In this document: positions 28,447 to 38,078 of the stretch, in pieces
How positions within the stretch are numbered: the stretch's first letter is position 1
Layout: the number at the start of each line of letters is the position of its first letter
DNA from: an uncultured Clostridia bacterium
GTDB taxonomy: Bacteria; Bacillota; Clostridia; TANB77; CAG-508
Reading direction: 5' to 3'
Length of the DNA: 54,346 bases
Assembly: GCA_944388665.1 (NCBI GenBank)
Contig: CALXJQ010000001.1
Coordinates: 1 to 54,346 of the forward strand
Translations under genes and position numbers: made by a program
Notes under the pieces: generated by a model
Seen by the model: the letters and a program-made list of their open reading frames with translations, nothing else
The model's database searches: none
What the model was told of the DNA's origin: nothing

Positions 28447-28986
28447 TTGAATAGTTTGATAAAAAAAGTTCAGTCAGGTGATGAGCTTGCTTTTAAACAA
28501 TTAACTTTATCAATCGAAAATGATTTATATAGAGTAGCCAGAACGAGATTGAGTAATGACGATGACATAAAGGATGCAATACAAAACACAATGATTATTA
28601 TATATGAAAAGGCAAAAAAGATAAGAAATACTGAGTATTTTAAATCTTGGATGATTCATGTATTAATTAATGAATGCAATAAGATTTACAACTCAAATAA
28701 AAAGAATAGTGAATTATACAATAAAGTGATAACTGATGTTGATTTCAATACGTTCGATAATTCTATACAAGAGGTTCAAGATAAGCTTAGTTTTGATTCA
28801 TTAATTGAAAAATTAAATTATGATGAAAAAATTGTGATTACTTTATATTATAATAGTCAATTTTCATGCAGGCAAATCTCAAAAATACTGAAAACCAATA
28901 TTAATACAGTAAAAAGTAGATTGACTAGGGCAAAAAACAAATTAAAAAAATATTATAAGGAGGTAAGTTTTAGTGGTTCAAAATGA
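28447..28986 (+). CDS. ECF-type sigma-70 family RNA polymerase sigma factor
   Basis: Region 2-like (FKQLTLSIENDLYRVARTRL, WMIHVLINECNKIY) and region 4 HTH (SCRQISKILKTNINTVKSRLTRAKNKL). TTG start 7 nt after AAAGGAGG. Confidence 0.8.
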   Translation: MNSLIKKVQSGDELAFKQLTLSIENDLYRVARTRLSNDDDIKDAIQNTMIIIYEKAKKIRNTEYFKSWMIHVLINECNKIYNSNKKNSELYNKVITDVDFNTFDNSIQEVQDKLSFDSLIEKLNYDEKIVITLYYNSQFSCRQISKILKTNINTVKSRLTRAKNKLKKYYKEVSFSGSK

Positions 28987-30181
28987 TAAATTTGATGAAA
29001 AATTATTTGATTATTTTAAAAACAATCAAGAAATACCGGAAAAAATTACTAATGGAATTAACAATGTTAATTTACAAAAAGAGAGAAAAAAAATATTCAA
29101 TTTCCATAATTTAAAGAAAGTCGCTGTTGCAGCAGTTTCCCTAATTACAGTCTCAGCAGGAGTTGTTTTGGCTAATACTACAGATATTGTAAGCTTTATT
29201 AAAAATATATTTAATGATAATGATGCAGTAAATACTGCTGTTGAAAACGGATATGTATATGAAGCTCCAACTGTTTATACAGCATCAGAAGATACCAAAA
29301 TGAAAATTACGGAAATGATAATGGACGATTATACTTTGGACTTAAACATGTTAGCAAGATTGGATAAAGAAATAGATGTAACAGGAATTGATAGTATAAA
29401 TATTCCAGATATGATTATTACAGATGATGAAAATAAAATTTTATATAGTTCTAGCAGTCAAAAATCTATTGATTTCTGTAATCAGAAAGGAATAGATAGT
29501 AGTTATGATAATATAAAAAACATCACAACTAATACATCTTCATCAATTTTTATACGTAATGCAGATACTAATTCCATAAATTTTTTAATTAATTTGTCTG
29601 CTAGTGATGGAAAATTTCCTTTAAGTAAAGAAATATATGTATCTTTCAATACAATAGAAATGACTGGTAACAATAAAAATTATACTATTTCAGGAAATTG
29701 GAATACTGAAATAAAAGTACCTGATAAATTTTTAAATAGAGAGTCAATATTATACAAGGTAACGAATTGCAATAATGAAAATGTATATAAAAATTCAATT
29801 AAGGCCGAGGTTTATGAAACCGGAATGAATTTTGAAATGACTATGTATTGGGGAGATTATAATACGTGGCATAACAAATCTGAAGAATTACGTAAGAAAG
29901 ATGTCTTATCAAGTCAACTTATAAAACAAGAGAGTTCTTATGTAATTAATGAAAATGGAGAGAAATTCTATCCTTTACAAAGCAGTTCATCAGATGGTGG
30001 GTATAGCTTCAATACTGATGGAAAACTTGTAAAATGGGAAACTTTTGGATTAACAAAATTTAATATGACGGATAAATTAAAAGTAGTATTAACAACGATA
30101 GATAATAATGAAATTATAATTGACCTAGAAAGGTTACTAAGTCGGGAATTGAAGATTTCCCACAAAAAATTTTATTTCTAA
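28973..30181 (+). CDS. Putative membrane anti-sigma factor (DUF4179-like). Its 3' end runs into a recombination scar.
   Basis: It overlaps the sigma gene stop. A short cytoplasmic N-terminus is followed by a single TM helix (VAVAAVSLITVSAGVVLA) and an extracellular domain. The last ~13 codons derive from an out-of-frame fragment of a DUF1829-type gene. Confidence 0.6.
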   Translation: MVQNDKFDEKLFDYFKNNQEIPEKITNGINNVNLQKERKKIFNFHNLKKVAVAAVSLITVSAGVVLANTTDIVSFIKNIFNDNDAVNTAVENGYVYEAPTVYTASEDTKMKITEMIMDDYTLDLNMLARLDKEIDVTGIDSINIPDMIITDDENKILYSSSSQKSIDFCNQKGIDSSYDNIKNITTNTSSSIFIRNADTNSINFLINLSASDGKFPLSKEIYVSFNTIEMTGNNKNYTISGNWNTEIKVPDKFLNRESILYKVTNCNNENVYKNSIKAEVYETGMNFEMTMYWGDYNTWHNKSEELRKKDVLSSQLIKQESSYVINENGEKFYPLQSSSSDGGYSFNTDGKLVKWETFGLTKFNMTDKLKVVLTTIDNNEIIIDLERLLSRELKISHKKFYF

Positions 30182-30408
30182 TGCAAGCTATGTTAAATGT
30201 TGATGATATGTTTATGCTTTCTCAAAATAAAGTAGCTTCAATATTTATAGAATATGATGTAAATACAATTCCATGGTCAGAAAGAGAAAAACACTTGGAT
30301 TTGTTGAGAGCTTAATATATAAAATGTCAAACACTAACAAAAAACCTCGGTAGTTTCAAAACTTCCGAGGTTTGTAATATTTCGCATAAAAAGCATTTTA
30401 TCTCTTTG
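30136..30408 (+). pseudogene. Remnant of a DUF1828/DUF1829-type gene plus its terminator and the last 11 nt of rpsI. It duplicates 31538-31648 and 31940-32095.
   Basis: Near-identical nucleotide match to the 3' part of the gene at 31232..32002, with an internal deletion of about 290 bp. It continues through the hairpin aacctcgg..ccgaggtt to ttatctctttg, which is the rpsI stop region. Confidence 0.85.
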
Positions 30409-30555
30409 TAAATTCCAAAGGTTGAAATACCAATATTTAGAGGACTTTTTGTATATTATAAGTTTATTATGAACTAGACTTAAATAGAGATTTTTAGCAT
30501 TTTGTAGCAATTTTTATTGTAAAGTATAACCATATTTTAATATAATAAAAAAATG

Positions 30556-30584
30556 TTGACAAACAAAAACAAATGTTCTATAAT
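30556..30584 (+). promoter_or_regulatory. Consensus sigma-A promoter (TTGACA-17 bp-TATAAT) for the two-gene cassette
   Basis: TTGACA at 30556-30561 and TATAAT at 30579-30584. It lies about 160 nt upstream of the ATG at 30749. Confidence 0.7.
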
Positions 30585-30748
30585 ATAAGCAGTTGAACAT
30601 ATATTATCGTTTATCTTATAATAAGTAATACAATTGTAAAAAAAAATAAATATATTTGTAATAAAAAAATATGAATTATATTATATAATATAATATAAAA
30701 TAGTATTATTTGTTATTAAATTATAAAATAGTAGATGGGAGTTTTTAT

Positions 30749-31219
30749 ATGGACGAAGAAAAATTGAATAACAATAATTCAAATTTTAAAATGACAACAG
30801 AGGAAGCTATGAAATTAATAGATATGATGAAAGAGAGGGTTTCAGAGGCAACATTAGAATTTCCTAGAATAGGAGCTAAATTAGAATTTGATGTATTTGC
30901 TAAAAGAGAAGGTACAAAATTTATAGTAAGTATAAAGAGAGGTAAAATAGATAAAAGAAAATGTACATATCAAGGTAGAACGTATTTTAATAATATACCT
31001 TTATTGAGATTAGATATTACTAATTCTTTTCACATAAATTCAGATGGAACAAAAATTACAGGGAATCATTTGCATATATATAATGAAATGACAGAAATGA
31101 GAGATGCAATTCCATTTAATATTGATGATGCAGATTTATATAAATATTGTTTAGAATTTTTTAAAAAGTTTAATATAATACAAGATAATTGTGGTATATT
31201 GTATCAAATGGAGTTATAG
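30749..31219 (+). CDS. Hypothetical protein (156 aa), first gene of the accessory two-gene cassette
   Basis: ATG at 30749 follows GGGAG. Motifs CTYQGRTYFNNIPLLRLDI and HINSDGTKITGNHLHIYNE resemble an uncharacterized DUF family. I cannot verify the DUF6978-like assignment from memory. Confidence 0.6.
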   Translation: MDEEKLNNNNSNFKMTTEEAMKLIDMMKERVSEATLEFPRIGAKLEFDVFAKREGTKFIVSIKRGKIDKRKCTYQGRTYFNNIPLLRLDITNSFHINSDGTKITGNHLHIYNEMTEMRDAIPFNIDDADLYKYCLEFFKKFNIIQDNCGILYQMEL

Positions 31220-31231
31220 GAGGAAATATAA

Positions 31232-32002
31232 ATGAAAAATTTATTAGATCCAATTGAAGTAAAAGAAAAATATATAAAGTGGCTAGAACAAGAAATATCG
31301 GTTAATAAAATTGGAGAATATTTAGAAATAACAAGTCCCTTTTTAGATAGATATAATGATTATTTGCAAGTTTATGCAAAACTAGAAGCAGATGATGAAA
31401 TTATTTTAACAGATGATGCATATATTATTAACAATTTGCAAATGTCAGGTGTTGATATAAATAGCAGTAAAAGAAAGCAAGTATTAGAAAGCTTTTTAAA
31501 TAAATATAATGTAAAATTAGAAGAAGATGCATTAGTGACTAAGTCTGGAATAGAAGATTTTCCACAAAAAATTCTATTTCTAATGCAAGCTATGTTGAAT
31601 ATTGATGACATGTTTATGCTTTCACAAAATAAGGTAGCTTCAATATTTTTAGAAGATGTAACAGAATTTCTTGATAGTAGAGATATTTTTTATAGTAAAG
31701 ATGTAAGTTTTGTAGGAAAATCAGGTTTCATATATTCTTATGAATATCTTTTACAAAGAACAAAAGAAAAACCTGAAAGACTATGTAAAGTTATAAATAA
31801 TCCTAATAAACAAAATTTTCAAAATACGATTTTTATGTGGAATGATACAAAAGAAACTAGAGATAATAATAGTCAATTAATAGTATTTTTAAATGATGAA
31901 AATAAGATTGATGCAACTGTAATAGAAGGATTTAAAAATTATGATGTAAATACAATTCCGTGGTCAGAAAGAGAAAAGCACTTGGATTTGTTGAGAGCTT
32001 AA
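31232..32002 (+). CDS. DUF1828/DUF1829-type protein
   Basis: The architecture and the N-terminal motif EITSPFLDRYNDYLQVY are typical of DUF1828, followed by a DUF1829-like C-terminus. GGAGGA RBS. Confidence 0.65.
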   Translation: MKNLLDPIEVKEKYIKWLEQEISVNKIGEYLEITSPFLDRYNDYLQVYAKLEADDEIILTDDAYIINNLQMSGVDINSSKRKQVLESFLNKYNVKLEEDALVTKSGIEDFPQKILFLMQAMLNIDDMFMLSQNKVASIFLEDVTEFLDSRDIFYSKDVSFVGKSGFIYSYEYLLQRTKEKPERLCKVINNPNKQNFQNTIFMWNDTKETRDNNSQLIVFLNDENKIDATVIEGFKNYDVNTIPWSEREKHLDLLRA

Positions 32003-32025
32003 CATATAAAATGTCAAACACTAAC

Positions 32026-32064
32026 AAAAAACCTCGGTAGTTTCAAAACTTCCGAGGTTTGTAA
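32026..32064. terminator. Bidirectional hairpin terminator between the cassette and rpsI
   Basis: aaaacctcggtagttt / aaacttccgaggttt stem with A-run and T-run flanks. The same hairpin is duplicated at 30342-30378. Confidence 0.75.
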
Positions 32065-32084
32065 TATTTCGCATAAAAAGCATT

Positions 32085-32486
32085 TTATCTCTTTGAGAAT
32101 TGTGGAGCTTTTCTTGCTTTTTTAAGACCGTATTTCTTTCTTTCTTTCATACGTGGATCTCTTGTTAAGAATCCATTTGATTTAAGTGCAGGTCTGTATT
32201 CTGAATTTGCTTCATTTAAAGCTCTAGCAATACCATGACGAATAGCTCCAGCTTGGCCTGTAAAGCCACCACCTTTTACAGTTGAAATAACATCATATTT
32301 TGAAGCTGTATTTGTAACTGTTAAAGGTTGTCTAACTATAACTTTTAAAGTTTCTGGACCAAAGAATTCATCAATATCTTTGCCATTAATAGTAATCTTT
32401 CCAGTTCCTTCAACTAATCTAACTCTAGCTACAGAACTTTTTCTTCTACCTGTACCATAGTAAAATATGTTTTCTTTTTTAGCCAT
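32085..32486 (-). CDS. rpsI: 30S ribosomal protein S9
   Basis: [19 protein letters not shown] and the C-terminal [12 protein letters not shown]. Confidence 0.97.
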   Translation of the reverse strand: MAKKENIFYYGTGRRKSSVARVRLVEGTGKITINGKDIDEFFGPETLKVIVRQPLTVTNTASKYDVISTVKGGGFTGQAGAIRHGIARALNEANSEYRPALKSNGFLTRDPRMKERKKYGLKKARKAPQFSKR

Positions 32487-32487
32487 T

Positions 32488-32925
32488 TTATTTTACCTCC
32501 CATACTTCTGGTTTTTGTGCTTGATTTTCATGCTCTGAACCAGCATAAACTCTAAGTTTTGTTAACATTTGTCTTCCTAAAGAGTTATGTGGTAACATTC
32601 CCTTTATAGCTAAAGTCATAGCTTTTTCTGGATTTTTTTCAAGCATATCTTTTGCAGGAATTTCTTTCATTCCTCCAATATAGCCTGAATGATGTCTATA
32701 TATTTTTTGATTTAATTTGTTTCCTGTTAAGATAACATCTTTACAATTTAAAATTATAACATGATCACCTGTATCAATGTTTGGTGTATATACTGGTTTA
32801 TGTTTTCCTCTTAATAATTTGGCAGCTTCTGTTGCAACTCTACCAAGTGGCTTGTTTGCTGCATCAATTATATACCATTTTCTTTCAATTTCACCTTTTT
32901 TTGCACTATATGTAGTATTATTCAT
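32488..32925 (-). CDS. rplM: 50S ribosomal protein L13
   Basis: [32 protein letters not shown] and [21 protein letters not shown]. Confidence 0.97.
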   Translation of the reverse strand: MNNTTYSAKKGEIERKWYIIDAANKPLGRVATEAAKLLRGKHKPVYTPNIDTGDHVIILNCKDVILTGNKLNQKIYRHHSGYIGGMKEIPAKDMLEKNPEKAMTLAIKGMLPHNSLGRQMLTKLRVYAGSEHENQAQKPEVWEVK

Positions 32926-33074
32926 GGTAAAATTACCCTCCTATTTTTTCTAATTTTCTATATAATTTACAAATTAATTTTAAAGCAACCGGGGAGAGCT
33001 TTAAATTAATTTATATTAAAAGCAATTAATATTATATTATGAAATCCTTCATTTGTCAAGCATTTTTAAAAAAC

Positions 33075-33103
33075 TTGACAAAATAAAAAATACGTTATAT
33101 ACT
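33075..33103 (+). promoter_or_regulatory. Sigma-A type promoter (TTGACA-17 bp-TATACT) for the NlpC/P60 gene. Its -35 box lies inside the palindrome TTGTCAAG..CTTGACAA.
   Basis: TTGACA at 33075-33080 and TATACT at 33098-33103. The inverted repeat spans 33053-33082. Confidence 0.6.
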
Positions 33104-33160
33104 ATGAGCACCCAATCAAAAGATGTAAAATATATTATTAGTATAAGGAGTAATTTGAAA

Positions 33161-34309
33161 ATGAAGACAAAAACTAATATAAAAAACATATTGGTTGTGG
33201 CAATATTATTATTTACAGCAGTGTTTTTTATAAATCAAAGTTTAGCTGCAAATGCAACTGAGGGAAACGAAGCAACAGCTAACTTTAATGAGGCTACTAA
33301 TGATGAAGAGAAAAACCAAAGCGCTAATACAGAAGAACAAACAACTTCAGAAAGTACAGAAGTTAAATTGGGCAAACAAATAATAGCAGAAGATACAAAA
33401 CTAAAAATAGTACCTGCGATTAATGCAACAGACATTATAGAAGTAAAAAAAGATGAAGAAGTAAATGCAACAGAAATTATCAATGGTTGGGTGTGCGTTG
33501 AAACTGGAACTACTAAAGGATGGATAAGAAAAGAAAAATTAAAAAGTGAAGAAATGCTAAAAGCTGAACAAGAAGCAGAGGCTCAACAAGCTGAGCAAAA
33601 TGCACAAGCAGAAGCACAAAAAACAGATACAGTATTAAAAAGCATGTATGTAAATGTAGCAACTGCAAATGTAAGAAAAGAAGCTAATACTACATCTGAA
33701 GTAGTTACTAAAATGACGCTAAATACTAAAGTTGATGTACTAGAAGAAAAAGATGGTTGGAGCAGAATAAAGGTAAATGATGCTGATGCTTATATATTAT
33801 CAGAACTTTTATCTGATACAGAAACTAAAGTACAAACAACATCAAGAAGTGAAACATCTGTAAGAAAGCCAAATTCAACTAGTACGACATCATCAAAAAG
33901 TAACACAACAAATACTACAGAAGCAGCGCCTACAACCTCAAGCTCTGGAAAAGGAGCATCGGTTGTAGCAACAGCCAAAAAATATATAGGTTGTAAATAT
34001 GTATATGGAGGTTCAAGTCCAAGTGGATTTGATTGCTCTGGTTTTACATCTTATGTATATAAACAATTTGGTGTAAGTTTAAATAGAACAGCTGCTGGAC
34101 AATATAGTAATGGTGTTGCTGTTAGCAGAAGTAATTTACAACCAGGGGATTTAATAATGTTTGGAAAATCAGGTATTAGTCATGTTGCCATATATATTGG
34201 CGGAGGTAAAATAGTGCATGCAGCTAACCCATCAAGAGGGGTTACTACAGACACAATAAATTCTGGCTATTATAATAACAATTATGTAGGAGCGCGAAGA
34301 GTAATATAA
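33161..34309 (+). CDS. Secreted cell-wall hydrolase: SH3b domains plus an NlpC/P60 (C40) peptidase
   Basis: Signal peptide, two SH3-like segments (GWVCVETGTTKGWIRKEKL and DGWSRIKVNDADAYI), and a C40 catalytic region DCSGFTSYVYKQFG .. ISHVAIYIGGGKIVHA. Confidence 0.9.
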   Translation: MKTKTNIKNILVVAILLFTAVFFINQSLAANATEGNEATANFNEATNDEEKNQSANTEEQTTSESTEVKLGKQIIAEDTKLKIVPAINATDIIEVKKDEEVNATEIINGWVCVETGTTKGWIRKEKLKSEEMLKAEQEAEAQQAEQNAQAEAQKTDTVLKSMYVNVATANVRKEANTTSEVVTKMTLNTKVDVLEEKDGWSRIKVNDADAYILSELLSDTETKVQTTSRSETSVRKPNSTSTTSSKSNTTNTTEAAPTTSSSGKGASVVATAKKYIGCKYVYGGSSPSGFDCSGFTSYVYKQFGVSLNRTAAGQYSNGVAVSRSNLQPGDLIMFGKSGISHVAIYIGGGKIVHAANPSRGVTTDTINSGYYNNNYVGARRVI

Positions 34310-34318
34310 CTTAAATTT

Positions 34319-36782
34319 ATGCACAAGACAAGGAATGTGATAAAATTGAAAAAAATCAAAAGACCACTTGTAGTTGCAGCAATAGGTTATATAATAGGTA
34401 TAATATTAGGGCTATATTTAAAAACAAATATGGCCCTTTTATATTTTATTATTGCTGTAATTGCTATATATTTTTTAATGACACCAAGAAAAGTAAAAAA
34501 ACTTAACATTTATTCTCCACGAAGGTATATAAGATATTTCAAAATTTTAATTACAAAATCAACTTTATTTCTTTTTATGATTTTTTTATTTATTTCATAT
34601 TTGATAATTCAAATTAAAGAAAAAGAATATGATGATGTTTATGAAATGGAAGGCAATGTGAAGGCTCAAGGAATTATTGTAAGTGAAAAAATAAAAAAAG
34701 ATTATTATAATCGATATATTATAAAAGTTGAAAATTTAAAATTCTATCTTCAAGTAGATGAAAATGAAAACTTAGAATATGGTGATTATGTAGAAGTAAA
34801 TGCCGAATATGTGAAGCCAGAGCCACAAGAAAATTATGGTGGCTACAGTTATCAAAACTATTTAAAGTCTCAAAATATTTATGGGACATTGAAAGTTAAG
34901 AATATAAATGTTTTAGCACACGAAAAGGCAAACAAAATATTTATGATAGCAAACACGATAAAAAATAAAGCAAAAGAAAATGTTTACAAAATTTTTAAAT
35001 CTGATGAGGCTGAAATGATAAATGGGCTAATACTTGGAGACACATCAAACTTAAGTGATAAGATAAAAGAAGATTTTCAAATAGTAAGCATTTCACATAT
35101 TTTAGCTATTTCTGGAACACATATTACTTATATAATTACAGGTGCTACAATATTTTTAAATAAATTCTTGGGAAGAAAAAAATCAAAATATATTATAATC
35201 CTAATTTTAATTTTTTATATGCTAATTACAGGAAATTCTCCATCTATTTTAAGAGCAATAATTTGTGGCATTGTACTAATAACTGCAAAATTATTATATC
35301 GAAAAAATGACACGTGGACATCTATGGCACTTTCTCTATTATTAATTCTTATATATAATCCATATTTAATTTCAAATGCAGGACTACAACTATCATACTT
35401 TGGAGCATTAGGAATAATAATTTTTTTAGATAAAATTCATTTGCCAAGCAAAAAAAAGAAGCTAAAAGAATCTAAAATAATAAGTGGAATAAAAAACATA
35501 GTTTCAATTACAATAGCGGCACAAATATTTATAATGCCATTAATTATATATCATTTTAATACATTTAGTGTTTATTTTTTAATTTCAAATTTCTTTGCAG
35601 GGCTTGTTTCAGAGCCACTTATAATATTAGGATTTACTACAATATTAATTTCATTTATTTCTATTCATCTAGCCAGTTTAATAGCAATACCAGTAAAGTG
35701 GGGAATAGAATATTTAATTTTAGTTTCAAAAATGAGCAATTTGCCACTTGCAAAAATATATGTGCCAACTCCTAAGATTAGTCATGTTTTAATATATTTA
35801 CTTATTCCAATAATAATTAAATTTTTATATGAAGTGTATAGCTTAAAAAAAGATACAAATACTAAACGAAGAATAAGAAATATGATTGCTCTATATAAAT
35901 ACAAATATTTTACAAAAATGCGATTATTAACAGTAATTATTCTGATTGCAGTGATTTTTACTTTTAAAATTATTCCAAATAGATTAAAAATACACTTTGT
36001 AGATGTTGATCAAGGAGATTGCACTTTTATAGTTACACCACGTAATAAAACTGTTCTTGTAGACCGGTGGAGGAAGTGAGTTTAGTACTTTTGACGTTGG
36101 CAAAAATACTGTATTACCATACATATTGGATAGGGGCTATAATCATCTTGATTATGTGTTTATAAGTCACTTTGATAATGATCATGTAGATGGAATATTG
36201 TCACTTATGAAAGAGATTAAAATAAAAAATATTATTATATGCAAGCAGGGAGAAAATTCAGAAAATTATAAAGAATTTGTAAAATTGGTAAATCAAAAAA
36301 AGATAAAAGTAAAAATTGCTGAAAAAGGTGAAAGAATAAAAATAGAAAAGGACGTATATTTTGATATTATTTGGCCTGAAAAAGAGTTGATTTCGGAAAA
36401 TGTATTGAATAATAATTCTCTTGTTATCAAAATGGCTTATAATGAATTTTCAATGTTATTTACTGGAGATATAGAAGAAATAGCAGAAAAGAAAATTTTG
36501 AGCAAAGTAGATAAACAAAAATTAAAATCTACTGTTTTAAAGGTGGCCCATCATGGCTCTAATACTTCTAGTATAAGAGAATTTATAGATGCTGTAAAAC
36601 CTCAAATAGCACTTATTGGTGTGGGAGAAAATAATATGTATGGGCATCCAAGCGATGAAGTTATAAGTAGATTGCAGAGCTTCGGAACAAAAATATATAG
36701 AACTGATGAGTGTGGTGAAATAACTATTGAAGTAAACAAAAATGGAAAAATAATTGATATTAACAAGTATAAAAATAGTTAA
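34319..36782 (+). CDS. comEC: DNA internalization competence protein ComEC/Rec2. The frame is interrupted at the CGG codon 36065-36067 and needs a +1 shift.
   Basis: The competence TM domain (SISHILAISGTHITY) is in ORF 34319..36079. The metallo-beta-lactamase domain (ISHFDNDHVDG, VAHHGS) is in the +1 frame. Joining at GAC(C)GGT gives HFVDVDQGDCTFIVTPRNKTVLVDGGGSEFSTFDVGKNTVLPYILDRG. Confidence 0.85.
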
Positions 36783-36837
36783 TTTTGCCAATAATAATAA
36801 AAAATATAATGCAAAATTGTTTAAATGGAGGGATTAT

Positions 36838-37434
36838 ATGAACAAAGCTATAATTGCCATAGTATGTTGCTTGGTAGTAATTGTAGGAGTTATTACAGCA
36901 GCAATTATAATTAAGCCAAATTCAGATAGTAACACAGGAAATATAGTTGCTCAAGTTTCAGAAAATAATAACGAAGAAATTCTTGATGATTGCACAGATG
37001 AATATGAAGAGCTAATGCAAACAGATTCACAGGAAGAAAAGGTATCTCCACATTGCGCAATAACAATAAAAACATATTATAAGGGTTGTGGACATACAAC
37101 AGAAGAATATATGCAAGCATCAGAAGATATGGTAAATTTAAACCAAGAAGAAGTTCAAGAAAAATATCCAGATTATCAAATAGAAGAATTTAGTAGTAAT
37201 TCAATAGTATTATATCGAGAAAAAGAAGGAGAATGCGGAGAACATTATATGGTAAAAGATAATAATGGAACAGTTGAAGTATATAAAATTAATGAAAACG
37301 GAGAACAGGAGCTATTAGAAACTACAGGAATTTCAACAGAATATTTGCCAGAAACAGATAAAATAAACATGCAAAATGGAATTGAAGTAATTGGAAAACA
37401 GCAGTTGAATCAACTGTTAGAAGATTATGAATAA
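36838..37434 (+). CDS. Membrane-anchored hypothetical protein (possibly BofC-like)
   Basis: ATG at 36838 follows GGAGGG. It has an N-terminal TM helix. The BofC-like assignment is tentative. Confidence 0.5.
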   Translation: MNKAIIAIVCCLVVIVGVITAAIIIKPNSDSNTGNIVAQVSENNNEEILDDCTDEYEELMQTDSQEEKVSPHCAITIKTYYKGCGHTTEEYMQASEDMVNLNQEEVQEKYPDYQIEEFSSNSIVLYREKEGECGEHYMVKDNNGTVEVYKINENGEQELLETTGISTEYLPETDKINMQNGIEVIGKQQLNQLLEDYE

Positions 37435-37445
37435 AAAGAACTATT

Positions 37446-38060
37446 CTATTTTTTAGAATAGTTCTTTCTTTCTTTTTTATCTATAGTCACGTCTTTGTTT
37501 AAGTCTTTTTTATCAATAAAACCTTTATTATACAAATCATGTATATACATAATCAATGCTGAAACTGTTGCAATTAAAGCTAATGCATATAAAGGCAAAT
37601 CTATATAGCGCAAAAATCCTGTAGGTTCAAACTCTTTGATAGAAAGAGAGAGAATAATGGCTATAAAAAATAATACAGTTGCAAGTTTACCATACCATTT
37701 GCTATATACTACAACATCTTTACCATACAAAAATGATGCACCACAAATCATAATAAACTCTTTTAATAAAACAATGCCTAGAATCCAATAGCCAAACTTA
37801 GGTAGAATTCCTGCTAAAACTAAAGAAGTTAAAGTAGCAATTTGGGTTAGTTTATCAGCTAAAGGATCCATTAATTTACCAAAATTTGATATTAAATTAA
37901 ATTTTCTTGCAATAAAACCATCAGCAATATCTGTAATGCCAGATAATGTAAATAGTATTGCTGCAACAATATATTCTCCAGAGAAAATAGCAACTACAAT
38001 AAATGGTATTAATAAAAATCTAATTATTGTTAGAATATTGGGTATCTGTTTTTTTATCAT
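37446..38060 (-). CDS. pgsA: CDP-diacylglycerol--glycerol-3-phosphate 3-phosphatidyltransferase
   Basis: CDP-alcohol phosphatidyltransferase motif DIADGFIARKFNLISNFGKLMDPLADKL. Confidence 0.9.
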   Translation of the reverse strand: MIKKQIPNILTIIRFLLIPFIVVAIFSGEYIVAAILFTLSGITDIADGFIARKFNLISNFGKLMDPLADKLTQIATLTSLVLAGILPKFGYWILGIVLLKEFIMICGASFLYGKDVVVYSKWYGKLATVLFFIAIILSLSIKEFEPTGFLRYIDLPLYALALIATVSALIMYIHDLYNKGFIDKKDLNKDVTIDKKERKNYSKK

Positions 38061-38078
38061 ATAATTCTCCTACTTATT

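Noticed and set aside
32926-33052. Possible ribosomal-protein (L13) leader RNA upstream of rplM.
   Set aside because: Only a short hairpin (aaagc..gcttt) is visible. I cannot match it to a known leader from memory.
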